The translations under genes and the position numbers were made by a program. A model generated the notes under the pieces. The model was not told the DNA's origin. It was given only the letters and a program-made list of their open reading frames with translations, and ran no database searches. A stretch of DNA of 64,000 bases from a bacterium (lineage in GTDB: Bacteria > Zhuqueibacterota > Zhuqueibacteria > Residuimicrobiales > Krinioviventaceae). Shown one piece after another: positions 1 to 10,269 of this stretch. Each line of letters opens with the position of its first letter. Position 1 is the first letter of the stretch. The stretch lies in NCBI GenBank assembly GCA_963674595.2, contig CAXXFV010000017.1, forward strand, positions 32,001 to 96,000. The letters are read 5' to 3'.

Positions 1-137
1 CACCTGCTGAAGAAGCACCGGTTGCAGAAGCTGAAACCGAAGCTCCTGCTGAAGAAGCACCAGCCGCTGAAGCTGAAGCACCTGCAGAAGACGCAAAAGC
101 TGATGAAGCTGAAACAGAAGACGATAAAAAAGAATAG
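1..137 (+). CDS. 3' end of a gene (truncated by window) with acidic Ala/Glu/Pro-rich tail; possibly ribosomal protein S1
   Basis: Frame 3 reads PAEEAPVAEAETEAPAEEAPAAEAEAPAEDAKADEAETEDDKKE-stop(135-137). The S1 guess rests only on the common rpsA...lapA-lapB synteny. Confidence 0.6.
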   Translation, partial: PAEEAPVAEAETEAPAEEAPAAEAEAPAEDAKADEAETEDDKKE

Positions 138-169
138 ATTAGAAATAACATTTCTTTTCGTTTATTATT

Positions 170-203
170 AGAGTTGAGTAGTTACTACTCAACTCTTTTT
201 TTT
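170..203 (+). terminator. Rho-independent terminator
   Basis: AGAGTTGAGTAG-tta-CTACTCAACTCT perfect 12-bp stem followed by a T-run. Confidence 0.9.
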
Positions 204-277
204 GATAATTTGTCTTTGAAATTTGATCATAGTGTCTTATTTTAAAATGTAAACATTGTATTTAGTTTGGAGGCACC

Positions 278-628
278 ATGTGGATCATTAAATGGATTAT
301 AAGTGCAATATTGGTTGTTTTAATCATTGGTTTTGCCGTACAAAACACAGACCAGGTTGTTTCTTTAACATTTATTAAATGGCAAAGCATTAACCTACCA
401 TTATGGGTGGTTATGTATGCTTCTTTTGTTTGCGGAATGTTATTTTGGCTGCTGGTTTCCATTTTTCGGGTTATAGCATTAAAAACTGAAAACCGAAAAA
501 TTAAAAAAGATCTGAAAAAGACAGCGGATGAACTCAATAAATTGCGCAATGTATCTGTCAATGAATCTTTGGAACCTGTAGCAAATACAACATCCGTATC
601 AAAGGGCGGCGTTAAAACAGAGGAGTAA
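278..628 (+). CDS. lapA: LapA family (DUF1049) LPS assembly protein
   Basis: Two TM segments, FAVQN...V.L.F.W...LPL pattern, C-terminal coiled coil; GGAGG RBS; directly upstream of lapB-like gene. Confidence 0.8.
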   Translation: MWIIKWIISAILVVLIIGFAVQNTDQVVSLTFIKWQSINLPLWVVMYASFVCGMLFWLLVSIFRVIALKTENRKIKKDLKKTADELNKLRNVSVNESLEPVANTTSVSKGGVKTEE

Positions 629-632
629 TATC

Positions 633-1781
633 ATGTTTTCCACGCTAACGATACTAATTGCAGCAGGTGTTTTATTATTATTGGGTATAACGGGTATGAT
701 ATTTTTTAAACGTCGAAATAATAAACCAATCGAATCCAGAACAACCTATATAGAAGGTTTAAACGCCCTTTTGGTTGGCGATTATGATCAGGCTTTGCAA
801 AAGTTAAGAGAAACTGTCAAAGTAAATACTGATTTTATAGACGCTTATGTTAAAATAGGCGACATTGTTCGAAAGCAGGGACACCCGGACCATGCCGTTA
901 AAGTGCATAAAGACCTGCTGGTACGCCCTAATTTAACGCAAACACAACGTTTAACTGTTTTAAAAAGCCTGGTCCTTGATTATCATGAAAACAAACAATA
1001 TAACCAGGCCCTTGTTATTTGTGATGAAATTTTCAGCATTGATAAAAAGAATGAATGGTGCGGTAATCAGCAATTAAATTTATATGAAAAAATTGGTGAC
1101 TGGCAAAACGCCTTTGATGTTTTCAGGAAAAACTCTTCTTTACCAAAAGAGGAAAAAGCAACCCGGCTTGCCTGTTATAAAGTAGAATTGGGAAAACAGT
1201 TTGTTGAATTAAATCGCGAGCGGGATGCCCGGTTATGCTTCCGGGAAGCCATGAAACTGGACGAAAACTGTGTTGCCGCTTATCTGGAACTGGCGGATAG
1301 TTATATTCGCGTCAACCGCGAACAGGATTCTCTGCCCGTTCTTAAAAAACTGGTGCAGAAAAATCCGGATAATGCAGACCTGGCTTTTTTACGCCTGAAA
1401 CAGGTCCTTTTTGAAATGGGCACTTTTGGTGATATTGAAAAAATATATATCGATCTGCTGAAATCAAATCCGGATGTTGTGGAAGCACACCTCGGGTTAG
1501 CGGAAATTTATGAGAAAAAAGGACAACTGATTAACGCTGTTGATGCCTGTAAAAAGGCCTTGACTGTAAATCCGTCCCGTCTTGATGCAAAATTACAATT
1601 GGTGCGTTACCAGAGCAAACTCGGAAGAGATGACATTGCCGCTGAAATTGCTTCCGAATTGGCGGAAGAGTTGCTGGCCCAGCAAAGCCTGTACATCTGC
1701 CAAACCTGTGATTACAAGAGTAGTAACTATTTTTGGCATTGTCCCCAATGTTCAAACTGGAATACGGCAAAAAGGGACTAG
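633..1781 (+). CDS. lapB: LapB-like TPR protein with C-terminal rubredoxin-type metal site
   Basis: N-terminal TM, YIEGLNALL, TPR repeats, C-terminal YICQTC...FWHCPQC..W. Confidence 0.85.
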   Translation: MFSTLTILIAAGVLLLLGITGMIFFKRRNNKPIESRTTYIEGLNALLVGDYDQALQKLRETVKVNTDFIDAYVKIGDIVRKQGHPDHAVKVHKDLLVRPNLTQTQRLTVLKSLVLDYHENKQYNQALVICDEIFSIDKKNEWCGNQQLNLYEKIGDWQNAFDVFRKNSSLPKEEKATRLACYKVELGKQFVELNRERDARLCFREAMKLDENCVAAYLELADSYIRVNREQDSLPVLKKLVQKNPDNADLAFLRLKQVLFEMGTFGDIEKIYIDLLKSNPDVVEAHLGLAEIYEKKGQLINAVDACKKALTVNPSRLDAKLQLVRYQSKLGRDDIAAEIASELAEELLAQQSLYICQTCDYKSSNYFWHCPQCSNWNTAKRD

Positions 1782-1788
1782 AACAAAA

Positions 1789-2635
1789 ATGCGGTTTTTA
1801 TCATTTTTTATTTACATATTTCTGCTTTTTGCAACAAACCTGTCTGCCCAACCTGAAATTGAACTTTTGGCTGAACATTATGCAAATGACCGGTTGGAAG
1901 AAGCCAGAGACCTGGTCAACAAAATTTATCCCAAATACCCCTCAGATTCCGTTGTTCTCTATTTAAAAGGTGTTTTTTCAACAAATGCTGTAGAGGCGTT
2001 TGGCTATTATCAGGCATGTTTTGAAAGAGACAGCTATTTTACCGATGATGCTGTTTTTCGCATGGCTCAATTTTATTATATTAAAAATGAGTATAATTTA
2101 GCCAGAAAATATTTTTCATATCTGACCCGGCATTTCCCGGATTCCCGATTAAAAGACGATGCCCAGTTCCTCTATTGCCAGAGCATGCTGGCCCAGGGAA
2201 AAATAGATTCTGTGAAATTGTTTTACAAGGCATTTATTAAAAATTCGCCCAGGTCTCCGTTTGTCGATGTGGCTGTCATGGACCTGGAAAATCTTTACAA
2301 ATTTGAACCGGAAAAAGATACACGCCCGATAGAATTTTATACTGTTCAGGTTGGCGCCTTTTTAGACAGAAAAAATGCACAACAAAAACTGGAAAATTTT
2401 AAAGAATTTGATACATGTAAAATTACTGAGAAAAAATGTCAGGGGAAAAACTTTTTATATCGTTTTAATCGGAACGTTTGCTTCTCGCCAAATGGCTGAA
2501 GATTTTGCAAAAAGAAACATAGCACCTGTTTCCAGCCAATATTATATTGTAAAAGCTGAAACAGGATTAAAAGTGTTGAAATATTCATCAGTTTGTTTTG
2601 AAATATTTCCTTTTATTTATACCAATACCAAATGA
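1789..2635 (+). CDS. Secreted TPR (YfiO/CpoB-like) + SPOR-domain protein, one apparent frameshift
   Basis: Signal peptide MRFLSFF from ATG 1789; TPR_6-like repeats; SPOR start YTVQVGAF continues as ...NVRGKTFYIVLIGTF in another frame; extra A in run 2431-2436. Confidence 0.7.
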
Positions 2636-2692
2636 TTTTTATCAACCCAGTTTTAGCCACCTTAAAATATATTTTGATTTTTGGAGATTTTA

Positions 2693-3402
2693 ATGTTTAA
2701 TAAAATATTGGTCGGTTTAAACAATAGCCCCAATGATGATAATGTGACGGAAACGGCCATTTATTTAGCACAGAATACCGGTTGTAAGATCGATGCCCTG
2801 GTACTTGATGAAAACCAAACCGGTCTTAATCAGACCGGTCTTGAGCGATTTTTAAACCCGCTGCAAAAAAGCTAAAATACCTGCCAATATCGTGTCTTTT
2901 GAACCTGTTGATGTTGAGGAATTTGCCTATCTCTGTTCCGCCGATTTGATTGTTGCCGCAAAAAATGATATGATAAAACAAACATCATCAAAAAAAATGG
3001 TTATAGAACAACTGTTACAAATGACACCGGTACCGGTGTTGGCGGTTCCGGATAATTTTGCTGTTCCTGAAAATTTGTTGTTTGGCTTTGACGGTTCTGT
3101 AACGGCTGAACGGGCTGTTCGTACTTTTTTGTTTCTGTTTCATAAACTGACATTGGATTATTATTCCCTTACCGTTTCAGATGCGCCTGACCAGTGCGAA
3201 GGTCATCTTGAAAGAATTTCCGAGTTTTTTAACAGCCATGATATTGAAGCTGATTTACTGGCAATGCCCGCGTGAACCGTCAGAGGTTATCGTGAATATT
3301 GCACAAAAACTGCCATCCGTCTGGATTGTTGTCGGCGCCGGTAAAGAAACATTTAAGGAAATTTTACAAAACAGTTCCTCTGCCATTTTTACATGCAATT
3401 AA
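2693..3402 (+). CDS. Universal stress protein (tandem USP), two apparent frameshifts
   Basis: MFNKILVG...; PVPVLAVP; LLFGFDGSVTAERA; EPSEVI...IVVGA. Split into three ORFs by indels near 2865-2870 and about 3270. Confidence 0.7.
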
Positions 3403-3411
3403 ATTGAGGTT

Positions 3412-5230
3412 ATGTTGAAAAATATCGTTAAAATTTTTTCGGTTTTGTTTTTATTAACTCTTTGTGAATCGCTTTATGCGCTGCATTTGGATGTTGTATA
3501 TCCCAAAGAAGGCGACCGTATTTCTGCCGCCTCTTCCGATTCTACGTTTATATTCGGCCAGGTATTACCCCCGGACAGTCGTTTGACCATAAACGGTCAA
3601 CCGATTTCCGTTCATGCCAACGGCGCGTTTTTGGCCTTTTTGCCTGTGGATTATGGTGATTTTACGTTTAAATGTACCGCATTTAACAATACGGATTCTG
3701 TTACTCAAAATCGAACGGTTACTATTTCCGGGCCTGTTAAACCCTGTCCCATTGACTCGTTAATGATAAAAATGGATTCGATCAAGCCCTCCGGAAACAT
3801 TCGTCTTTGTCAGGGTGATGAATTTTACCGTGTCATTTTGGGGTACACCCAATTGTGATGCCTCTTTTACAATAGAAGGTGTGCGTAATGATATTCCCAT
3901 GCAGGAAACTGTTTATACCCCTTTATATTTAGGTGAAATTGTTTTCGGTGAAGCCTATACAAAAAATTGTGAAAAACTGCCCGGTTACTATACCGGGTGT
4001 TACAAAATACAGCCGATGGATTGGCGTCAGGACCGTAAAATTATATTTAAATTAAAAGGCGCTGATAATGATTCGGTTGAGGCCCTTGCCCCGGGCACGT
4101 TGACTATTTTTGACAACAGCATTCCCCAATGTGTTGAAACAAAACGAGATGTTACGGTACTTCGGACCGGCGCCGGAGACGCCTATTATTATTTTGTTCC
4201 TAAAGGTGTAAAATTGCCGGTAACCGGGCAAAAGGACGGCTATTACCGGGTTGCATTATGTGAAACAATAGACGCCTGGGTAAGGCAATGGGAAGTGAAC
4301 CTGCTGCCACTGGGGACCCATCAACAGCCATCCGTTATTAAAGCTGTGCGGACCTTTGATAAAGAAAACAAGGTCAATATACGTATTTTTACCCGCAGTC
4401 GTGTACCTTACCGCATCGAACAACAGACTAATCCGCAGGCGCTTGACCTTTATTTATATGGCCTTATCTCGGATACGGACTTTATCCGCTATTCTGAAAA
4501 ATTTCTCCCGGTTGCGGATATGCGCTGGATTCAGGTTGCCAACGGCGTTTATAAATTACACATTCCCTTGCAGCAAAAAACGCAGTGGGGATATAACATC
4601 TATTACGATGAACAGGACTATTTAAACCTGGACATTAAAAAGTCCCCGAAAATTGCCGGGTGGCCGTCGTCACCGTTAAAAGATATTAATATATTACTCG
4701 ACCCCGGCCACGAGCCCGATTTGGGCGCTGTCGGTCCGACACGATTGGAAGAGCGCCATGCCAATATTAAACTGGCAGAGCAGTTGAGTAAAAAACTGGA
4801 AGGCAAAGGCGCCCATGTTTATTTGACCCGCAAAGAGGGTGAGGGCATCACTTTGAGGACCCGTATGAAATATGCGGCTATTTTGGACGCTGATATTTTG
4901 CTGAGCCTGCATCATAATGCCATTCCGGACGGAATTAATCCCTTTAAAAGTCATGGAACCAGTACCTACTATTATCACCCGCAAAGTTATCAACTGGCCA
5001 AAATCATCAAGGACAAACTTTTGGCAAAGCTCGGGTTGAATGATTTTGGACTCTTTTATGATGATCTGGCCATGTGCCGTATTCATCAAATGCCATCCGT
5101 ACTGGTGGAGCCGGCTTTTATAATGTATCCGGAAGAAGAAGCGCTGATACGTTCCAAAAAGTATAAAGAACAATGTGCTGATGCCATTGTTGAGGCGCTT
5201 GAGGAATTTTTGAAAAAAGTAAAAGAGTAG
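3412..5230 (+). CDS. N-acetylmuramoyl-L-alanine amidase (Amidase_3) with N-terminal Ig/SH3-like domains, one apparent frameshift
   Basis: ILLDPGH, E..AN, LSLHHNA, PSVLVEPAF motifs; signal peptide; extra T in run 3823-3826 joins the two ORFs. Confidence 0.85.
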
Positions 5231-5240
5231 AGGAGGTTTT

Positions 5241-5744
5241 TTGGATTATAAATTTTGCCCCCAATGCGGAGGGCCATTAATCGAAAAACATCTTGAAGGA
5301 CGAATGAGAAAAATTTGTTCGGAATGTGAATTTATATTTTATCAGAATCCGGCTCCCGCTGCCGGGGTTGCGTTGCAAAAAGACGGGAAACTGCTGCTGG
5401 TAAAAAGAAAATTTGAACCCAAACAGGGCGACTGGAGTTTGCCTGCCGGATTTGTAGAATATGACGAATCGCCTGCTCATGCCGCGATTAGGGAAACGAA
5501 AGAAGAAACAGGTTTTGACGTAAAAATCAGCGGATTGCTGAATGTTTATGGCGCCTGTGACGACCCGAGAAGTCATGTTGTGCTGATTATTTACAATGCG
5601 GAAATACAAAACGGTGAATTAAAGCCGGGTGACGATGCTTTGGATGCCAAATTTTTCCCTTTTGATGAAATTCCGGAAAATATTGCCTTTTCCAGTCATC
5701 GCACGGCCATTAATTTGTTTATAAGTAATAATACTAACCAATAG
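5241..5744 (+). CDS. NUDIX hydrolase with N-terminal zinc ribbon
   Basis: FCPQCG...CSEC; Nudix box GFVEYDESPAHAAIRETKEETG. Confidence 0.9.
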   Translation: MDYKFCPQCGGPLIEKHLEGRMRKICSECEFIFYQNPAPAAGVALQKDGKLLLVKRKFEPKQGDWSLPAGFVEYDESPAHAAIRETKEETGFDVKISGLLNVYGACDDPRSHVVLIIYNAEIQNGELKPGDDALDAKFFPFDEIPENIAFSSHRTAINLFISNNTNQ

Positions 5745-5754
5745 TTGGAAAATT

Positions 5755-6246
5755 ATGATTGATATATCTGATCTTAAAAATTCAATGCTGGGAGAAGGGT
5801 TAACAGACGATGACCTTACAATTCTGGCATATATTGCTGAGGAAAAAAAATATTTCAAGGGAGAAATAATTTTTTCTGAAAAGGATAAAGGGACTGATTT
5901 ATATGTTCTGACAGAAGGACGCATCTGTATAGAACGTCGTGCGGTTGGGCAAAGGGCCATTATGCCGAAACAAATTCAAACGGTAAAACAGGGAGAGTTG
6001 TTCGGAGAAATGGCATTTATAGAAGGAAAAACCCGTTCTGCCACGGCCCGTGCCAAAAGCAATGTAAACGTTGTCATCATTTCATCATCCGAACTGGAAA
6101 AACTTGTCCATCAAAATTGCGAATTTGGATTTCGTTTTATGAAAACGCTTGCCGTTATTATCAGCCGAAGACTGCGCCGCATGAATGAACATTGGATCAG
6201 TGCGGTTGCCCAGCATTTGAATATCCTGGAATATGACTATCACTAA
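5755..6246 (+). CDS. Cyclic-nucleotide-binding domain protein
   Basis: GELFGEMAFIEGKTRSATARA cNMP phosphate-binding cassette. Confidence 0.9.
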   Translation: MIDISDLKNSMLGEGLTDDDLTILAYIAEEKKYFKGEIIFSEKDKGTDLYVLTEGRICIERRAVGQRAIMPKQIQTVKQGELFGEMAFIEGKTRSATARAKSNVNVVIISSSELEKLVHQNCEFGFRFMKTLAVIISRRLRRMNEHWISAVAQHLNILEYDYH

Positions 6247-6350
6247 CCAGAGTTATTGAGTATGAACAGTCATGGTGTTGAATAATAACAACACATCATT
6301 TTGATTTTTCACATATAGATTTTTTAATATTAAAAAAAGGAAAACGTAAT

Positions 6351-7070
6351 ATGTGGAAAATTCTCCCGATCATTTTTTTGAGTTTGTTTTGTATGAATAA
6401 TGAAAACAGCAACCAATCCTTTAAAGTTTCAGACGAGTATGCGGAAAAACGATCACGAATGGTCGTGAAACAGATTAAAGTGCGTGGTGTTCGGGACACC
6501 CGTGTGTTGGAAGCGATGAATAAGGTTCCGCGCCACGAATTTGTTCCTCAAAATGAACAAAAATATGCCTACGACGATTCTCCCTTGCCGATTGGATACA
6601 ACCAGACAATATCCCAACCCTATATTGTGGCCTATATGACAGAACAGCTTCAGCTCAGTGGTAACGAATGTGTTTTGGAAGTAGGCACCGGGTCCGGTTA
6701 TCAGGCGGCGGTTTTGTGTGAATTGGCGGATTTTGTTTATTCGATTGAAATCGTTGAGCCATTATGTGATCAGGCGGAAAAAACAATGCATGACTTGGGT
6801 TATGTCAATTTTCTGATCCGGTGCGGTGACGGCTATGACGGCTGGCAAGAGTTTGCGCCCTTTGATAAAATTATTATAACAGCGGCCCCTGAAAAAATTC
6901 CCGAGCCGTTAATAAATCAGTTAAAACCTGGCGGACAATTAATTTCACCTGTGGGGAAAACATACCAGGAATTGGTGTTATTAACAAAACATCAGGATGG
7001 TGAAATATCCACTAAAAAATTACTCCCCGTACGTTTTGTTCCCATGACAGGAAAGGCGGAAGAAGAATAA
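6351..7070 (+). CDS. pcm: Protein-L-isoaspartate O-methyltransferase
   Basis: VPRHEFV, QTISQPY, VLEVGTGSGYQAA, APFDKII.TAA, VRFVPM. Confidence 0.95.
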   Translation: MWKILPIIFLSLFCMNNENSNQSFKVSDEYAEKRSRMVVKQIKVRGVRDTRVLEAMNKVPRHEFVPQNEQKYAYDDSPLPIGYNQTISQPYIVAYMTEQLQLSGNECVLEVGTGSGYQAAVLCELADFVYSIEIVEPLCDQAEKTMHDLGYVNFLIRCGDGYDGWQEFAPFDKIIITAAPEKIPEPLINQLKPGGQLISPVGKTYQELVLLTKHQDGEISTKKLLPVRFVPMTGKAEEE

Positions 7071-7076
7071 ATGTAG

Positions 7077-7104
7077 TGAAACATTCTCTTGATTGTTTGC
7101 GTAA
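7077..7104 (+). promoter_or_regulatory. Candidate ECF-sigma promoter upstream of PspC gene
   Basis: TGAAAC-N17-CGTAA, close to the SigW-type consensus TGAAAC-N16-CGTA. Confidence 0.5.
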
Positions 7105-7144
7105 TCGATAATATAAACGAATATGTTATTAAAAGAGGTGTTAC

Positions 7145-7831
7145 ATGTCTGAAAATTCTGTCCGGCGTTTATTTCGCTCCGAAAAAGATAAAATGATAGG
7201 CGGTGTATGTGGTGGTTTTGCTGAATACCTGAACATTGACGTCACACTGGTTCGAATTATTTGGGTGATTTTAACCCTGTTTTCGGGTATTGGTTTATTG
7301 GCCTATATTATTTCCATGATCTTATTACCGGTAAATCCGGACCACAAATATCTGCCGCAAGAGCAAAAAGCCCAGCATGGCGGCCGAATTGGTCTTATTA
7401 TCGGCGTGGTGCTGGTTGTTATGGGTATCGGTATTATCGGTATGGACCATTTTGAATTTGACTGGTTTTTCCCTTTTCCCGGATTTGCATTTTGGCCTCT
7501 AAACAGTGATTTTTTATGGCCGGTTCTGTTACTGGCCGCCGGCGGCTGGCTGGTTTATAACGGTATTATACGTTCCAAATCCGGGGATAACGGTTCGTCT
7601 GCTTCAGAACAAAAGATTCGTTCACTTTATCGCAGTAACAAAGTAAAAATGGTTGCCGGTGTATGCGGCGGTTTGTCTGAATATTGGCATATCGATGTGA
7701 CGATTGTTCGGATTGCGGCTATTATTTTAACCCTGGCCCTGCATTTCTGGGTCGGTATTTTTGTTTATATAGTCATGATCATTGCCATCCCGGAAGCTCC
7801 GTCTTCCGTTGTTAATGATTCAAAGGAATAA
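7145..7831 (+). CDS. Double PspC-domain membrane protein with central LiaF/DUF5668-like TM
   Basis: Two copies of L.RS...KM..GVCGG..EY..IDVT.VRI; central LWPVLLL. Confidence 0.9.
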   Translation: MSENSVRRLFRSEKDKMIGGVCGGFAEYLNIDVTLVRIIWVILTLFSGIGLLAYIISMILLPVNPDHKYLPQEQKAQHGGRIGLIIGVVLVVMGIGIIGMDHFEFDWFFPFPGFAFWPLNSDFLWPVLLLAAGGWLVYNGIIRSKSGDNGSSASEQKIRSLYRSNKVKMVAGVCGGLSEYWHIDVTIVRIAAIILTLALHFWVGIFVYIVMIIAIPEAPSSVVNDSKE

Positions 7832-7844
7832 AAAAAGATGTGGT

Positions 7845-8408
7845 ATGGATATGAATAATAAATATAAATCAATTTCATTCGGTGCGCTGCTGATCATTTT
7901 TGGAGCAGCGCTTATATTAAAAAAAACTGGGTATTTTTTATTTTTCCTGGAACGAGAGTTACCCGATATTACTGTTGTTTTTTGGTACGTTATCCTTTTT
8001 TAAAGTTAACGTCACAAAGAGAAAAGAAATATTTTGGGCCAGCTTTTTAACGCTTGCCGGTATTTTTTCTTTTCTAAGGAATTATGATATCATCCACTTT
8101 TTATGGTATCTGGAAACGTTTCATGTCCTTTTATGCATTCTCGGACTTGCGTTTTTCACACAATTCCTTTTCAGCAAAAAAGACTGGGGATTCCTGATCC
8201 CGTCTGTTATATTTTTCATTTTAGGACTTGCATTTATTCTCGATGATTTTAATATTAACCTGGCAGAAATAGTTTGATTTATGAACATTATTGGCCTGTC
8301 GCTTTGATCTTTATCGGCATCTATGTTATTTTCAACTCTATGAAAAAGTCAGACAAAGATGTTGTCGTTAATAATGAAACGCAGGAGGTTGATGCTGATA
8401 AAGAATAG
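7845..8408 (+). CDS. LiaF/DUF5668-like membrane protein, two apparent frameshifts
   Basis: Fragments join to GALLIIFG...SWNESYPILLL...WGFLIP...YWPVALIFIG...DKE-stop(8406-8408); indels at about 7941-7945 and 8270. Confidence 0.6.
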
Positions 8409-8435
8409 TACAGGCTGCAAATCATGGAGAATTGA

Positions 8436-9552
8436 ATGAAGGAGATTGTGTATTTCATTAATAGTAAATTTACTATTTTTGATATTCCAGGGACCAGAAT
8501 TTTTATCGCATTTGTTATTATTATTGTTGCTCTTTTATTTAAAAGAATTTTTTCACAATGGGTGCTAAAATACCTTGATCATTTAACCCGTAAAACAAAA
8601 TCCAACCTTGACGATGCTTTGCTGGAAATCTTAAATCCCCCTCTCAGTTATTTGGTCCTGTTGCTGGGTTTTCAATTAGCGGCCATATCCGTGGGAGTTG
8701 TGGATTCTTTGCAAAAAGTGATACAGCTCGGTTATGTGGGACTGATGTGCTGGCTGATATACCGCAGCGCAGACGTATTTACAGTTTATCTTGAACGTTT
8801 GACAAAAAAAAACGGAAACAGAACTGGATGATCTGCTGGTCCCTTATCTGAAAAAGGTCATAAAAGTCGGGGCCATTATTATTGTTTTTATGAAAGCCGC
8901 TGAAGTGTTTTTGGGCATGACTGCCGCTGCTTTGTTTGGTCTTCTTGGCGGTATGGGCCTTACCCTGGGTTTGGTTTTTAAGGATATTGTTGCAAACTGG
9001 TTTGCCTGCGCTATTATTTATATCGATAATTTGTTCCGGGAGGGAGACTGGGTCCAGCTTGACAACGGCGCCATTGTAGACGCTGATGTGGAAGAAATAG
9101 GCATTCGCAGCACAAAGTTTAGAAATTTTGATAAAACCGTTTCTGTTGTTCCCAATTCCATTATTGCCAATGCGGTGGTAAAAAACTGGTCGCGTATGTA
9201 TAAACGGCGGGTGAAATACAACTTTTCAATTGACGGTATTTCTGCTGAAAAAATGGAAAAAGTGCTGGATGGAATCCGGTCTATTCTTGCCGCTGATGAC
9301 GACGTTCATCAGGAATTCCACATGGTTAATTTTCGGGAAATGAGCGGTAATTCCCGCGTTATGAGGCTTTACTATTTTACCAAAACCGTGGTTTGGAAAG
9401 AGCATGAACGTGTGCGGGAACAGGTGAACTTGAAAATCCTGAAATTATTTGAAACCGAGGGCATTGACAAACTCGCTTATACAATTATTGACATGAGCGA
9501 TGACCGGCCCAAAGATTATGAAATGACTGTAAATGAAAAATCCCGTATATAA
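8436..9552 (+). CDS. mscS: Small-conductance mechanosensitive channel (MscS family), one apparent frameshift
   Basis: FKDIVANWF, GDWV, VEEIGIRSTKFR, VPNS; extra A in the A9 run at 8804-8812 (TKKTETELDD when corrected). Confidence 0.85.
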
Positions 9553-9567
9553 TACGGGATTTTTTTT
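9536..9567. terminator. Bidirectional terminator between convergent genes
   Basis: AAAAATCCCGTAT-ata-ATACGGGATTTTT. Confidence 0.85.
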
Positions 9568-9952
9568 ATAAACTATCAATCACTGTTTTCAGTTTCTTTT
9601 GTACCTCGGCTGCAACAGCGCCCAGGCTTTCGTTTTTAACCGCCATCATTGATGCCATGGGGTCAACGGCAGCCACTTCAATTGTGTTTTCTTTCAGTTC
9701 CTGCAAAATAACATTACACGGAAGCATGGTGCCTATTTTGTCCTCATTTTGAAGGGCTTTATAAGCCAGGGAAGGATTGCAGGCTCCGAGGATTTTATAC
9801 TTTTTAAAATCAACATCCAGTTTGTTTTTTAAGGTTTTCTGCACATCAATTTCCGTCAAAACACCGAATCCCTCTTTTTTCAACTGTTCGATGACATGCT
9901 CAATGGCTGCATCGAAATCCATGTTTAAAGTTTTATTAAAATAATAACTCAT
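9566..9952 (-). CDS. DUF302 family protein
   Basis: GFGVLTEIDV, YKILGACNP, MLPCNV. Confidence 0.9.
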   Translation of the reverse strand: MSYYFNKTLNMDFDAAIEHVIEQLKKEGFGVLTEIDVQKTLKNKLDVDFKKYKILGACNPSLAYKALQNEDKIGTMLPCNVILQELKENTIEVAAVDPMASMMAVKNESLGAVAAEVQKKLKTVIDSL

Positions 9953-10044
9953 TTTGTATACCTCATCTGTTTTTATTTTTTAGATGAAGAAAAACGGGAT
10001 TTGATTCTGATTAATTGAAAAAATGGAGTGCTGTTGCCGTTGTA

Positions 10045-10123
10045 TAAAGTGATTAAAACGGGTCCCGTGGGCAAAAGACCCGTTTTAATCGGAGGTATTT
10101 TGAAGAAAGTCGATACATATTTA
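10045..10123 (-). ncRNA. Candidate small RNA (anti-SD CCUCC followed by 14-bp hairpin)
   Basis: Perfect inverted repeat 10051-10064/10077-10090 in a divergent intergenic region, preceded on the minus strand by ACTTTCTTCAAAATACCTCC. Function is inferred only. Confidence 0.35.
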
Positions 10124-10269
10124 ATTATTGTATTGCACAAAAGTTCCAATATTTAACTTTTTATAAAAAATTTCTGCTTGCTGTTTACAATAACTTTATG
10201 TATTATTATTCTCTGGATTTCATTTAGAAAATGATATATGTTAAATAATATAATTGAGGTGATTATCAA

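Noticed and set aside
1-137. Imperfect GCTGAAGAAGCACC repeats
   Set aside because: Explained by a low-complexity Ala/Glu/Pro protein tail.
2431-8812. Programmed frameshifting or phase variation in split genes
   Set aside because: The affected genes are unrelated, most indels lie in short homopolymers, and no stimulatory structures were seen; sequencing error is simpler.
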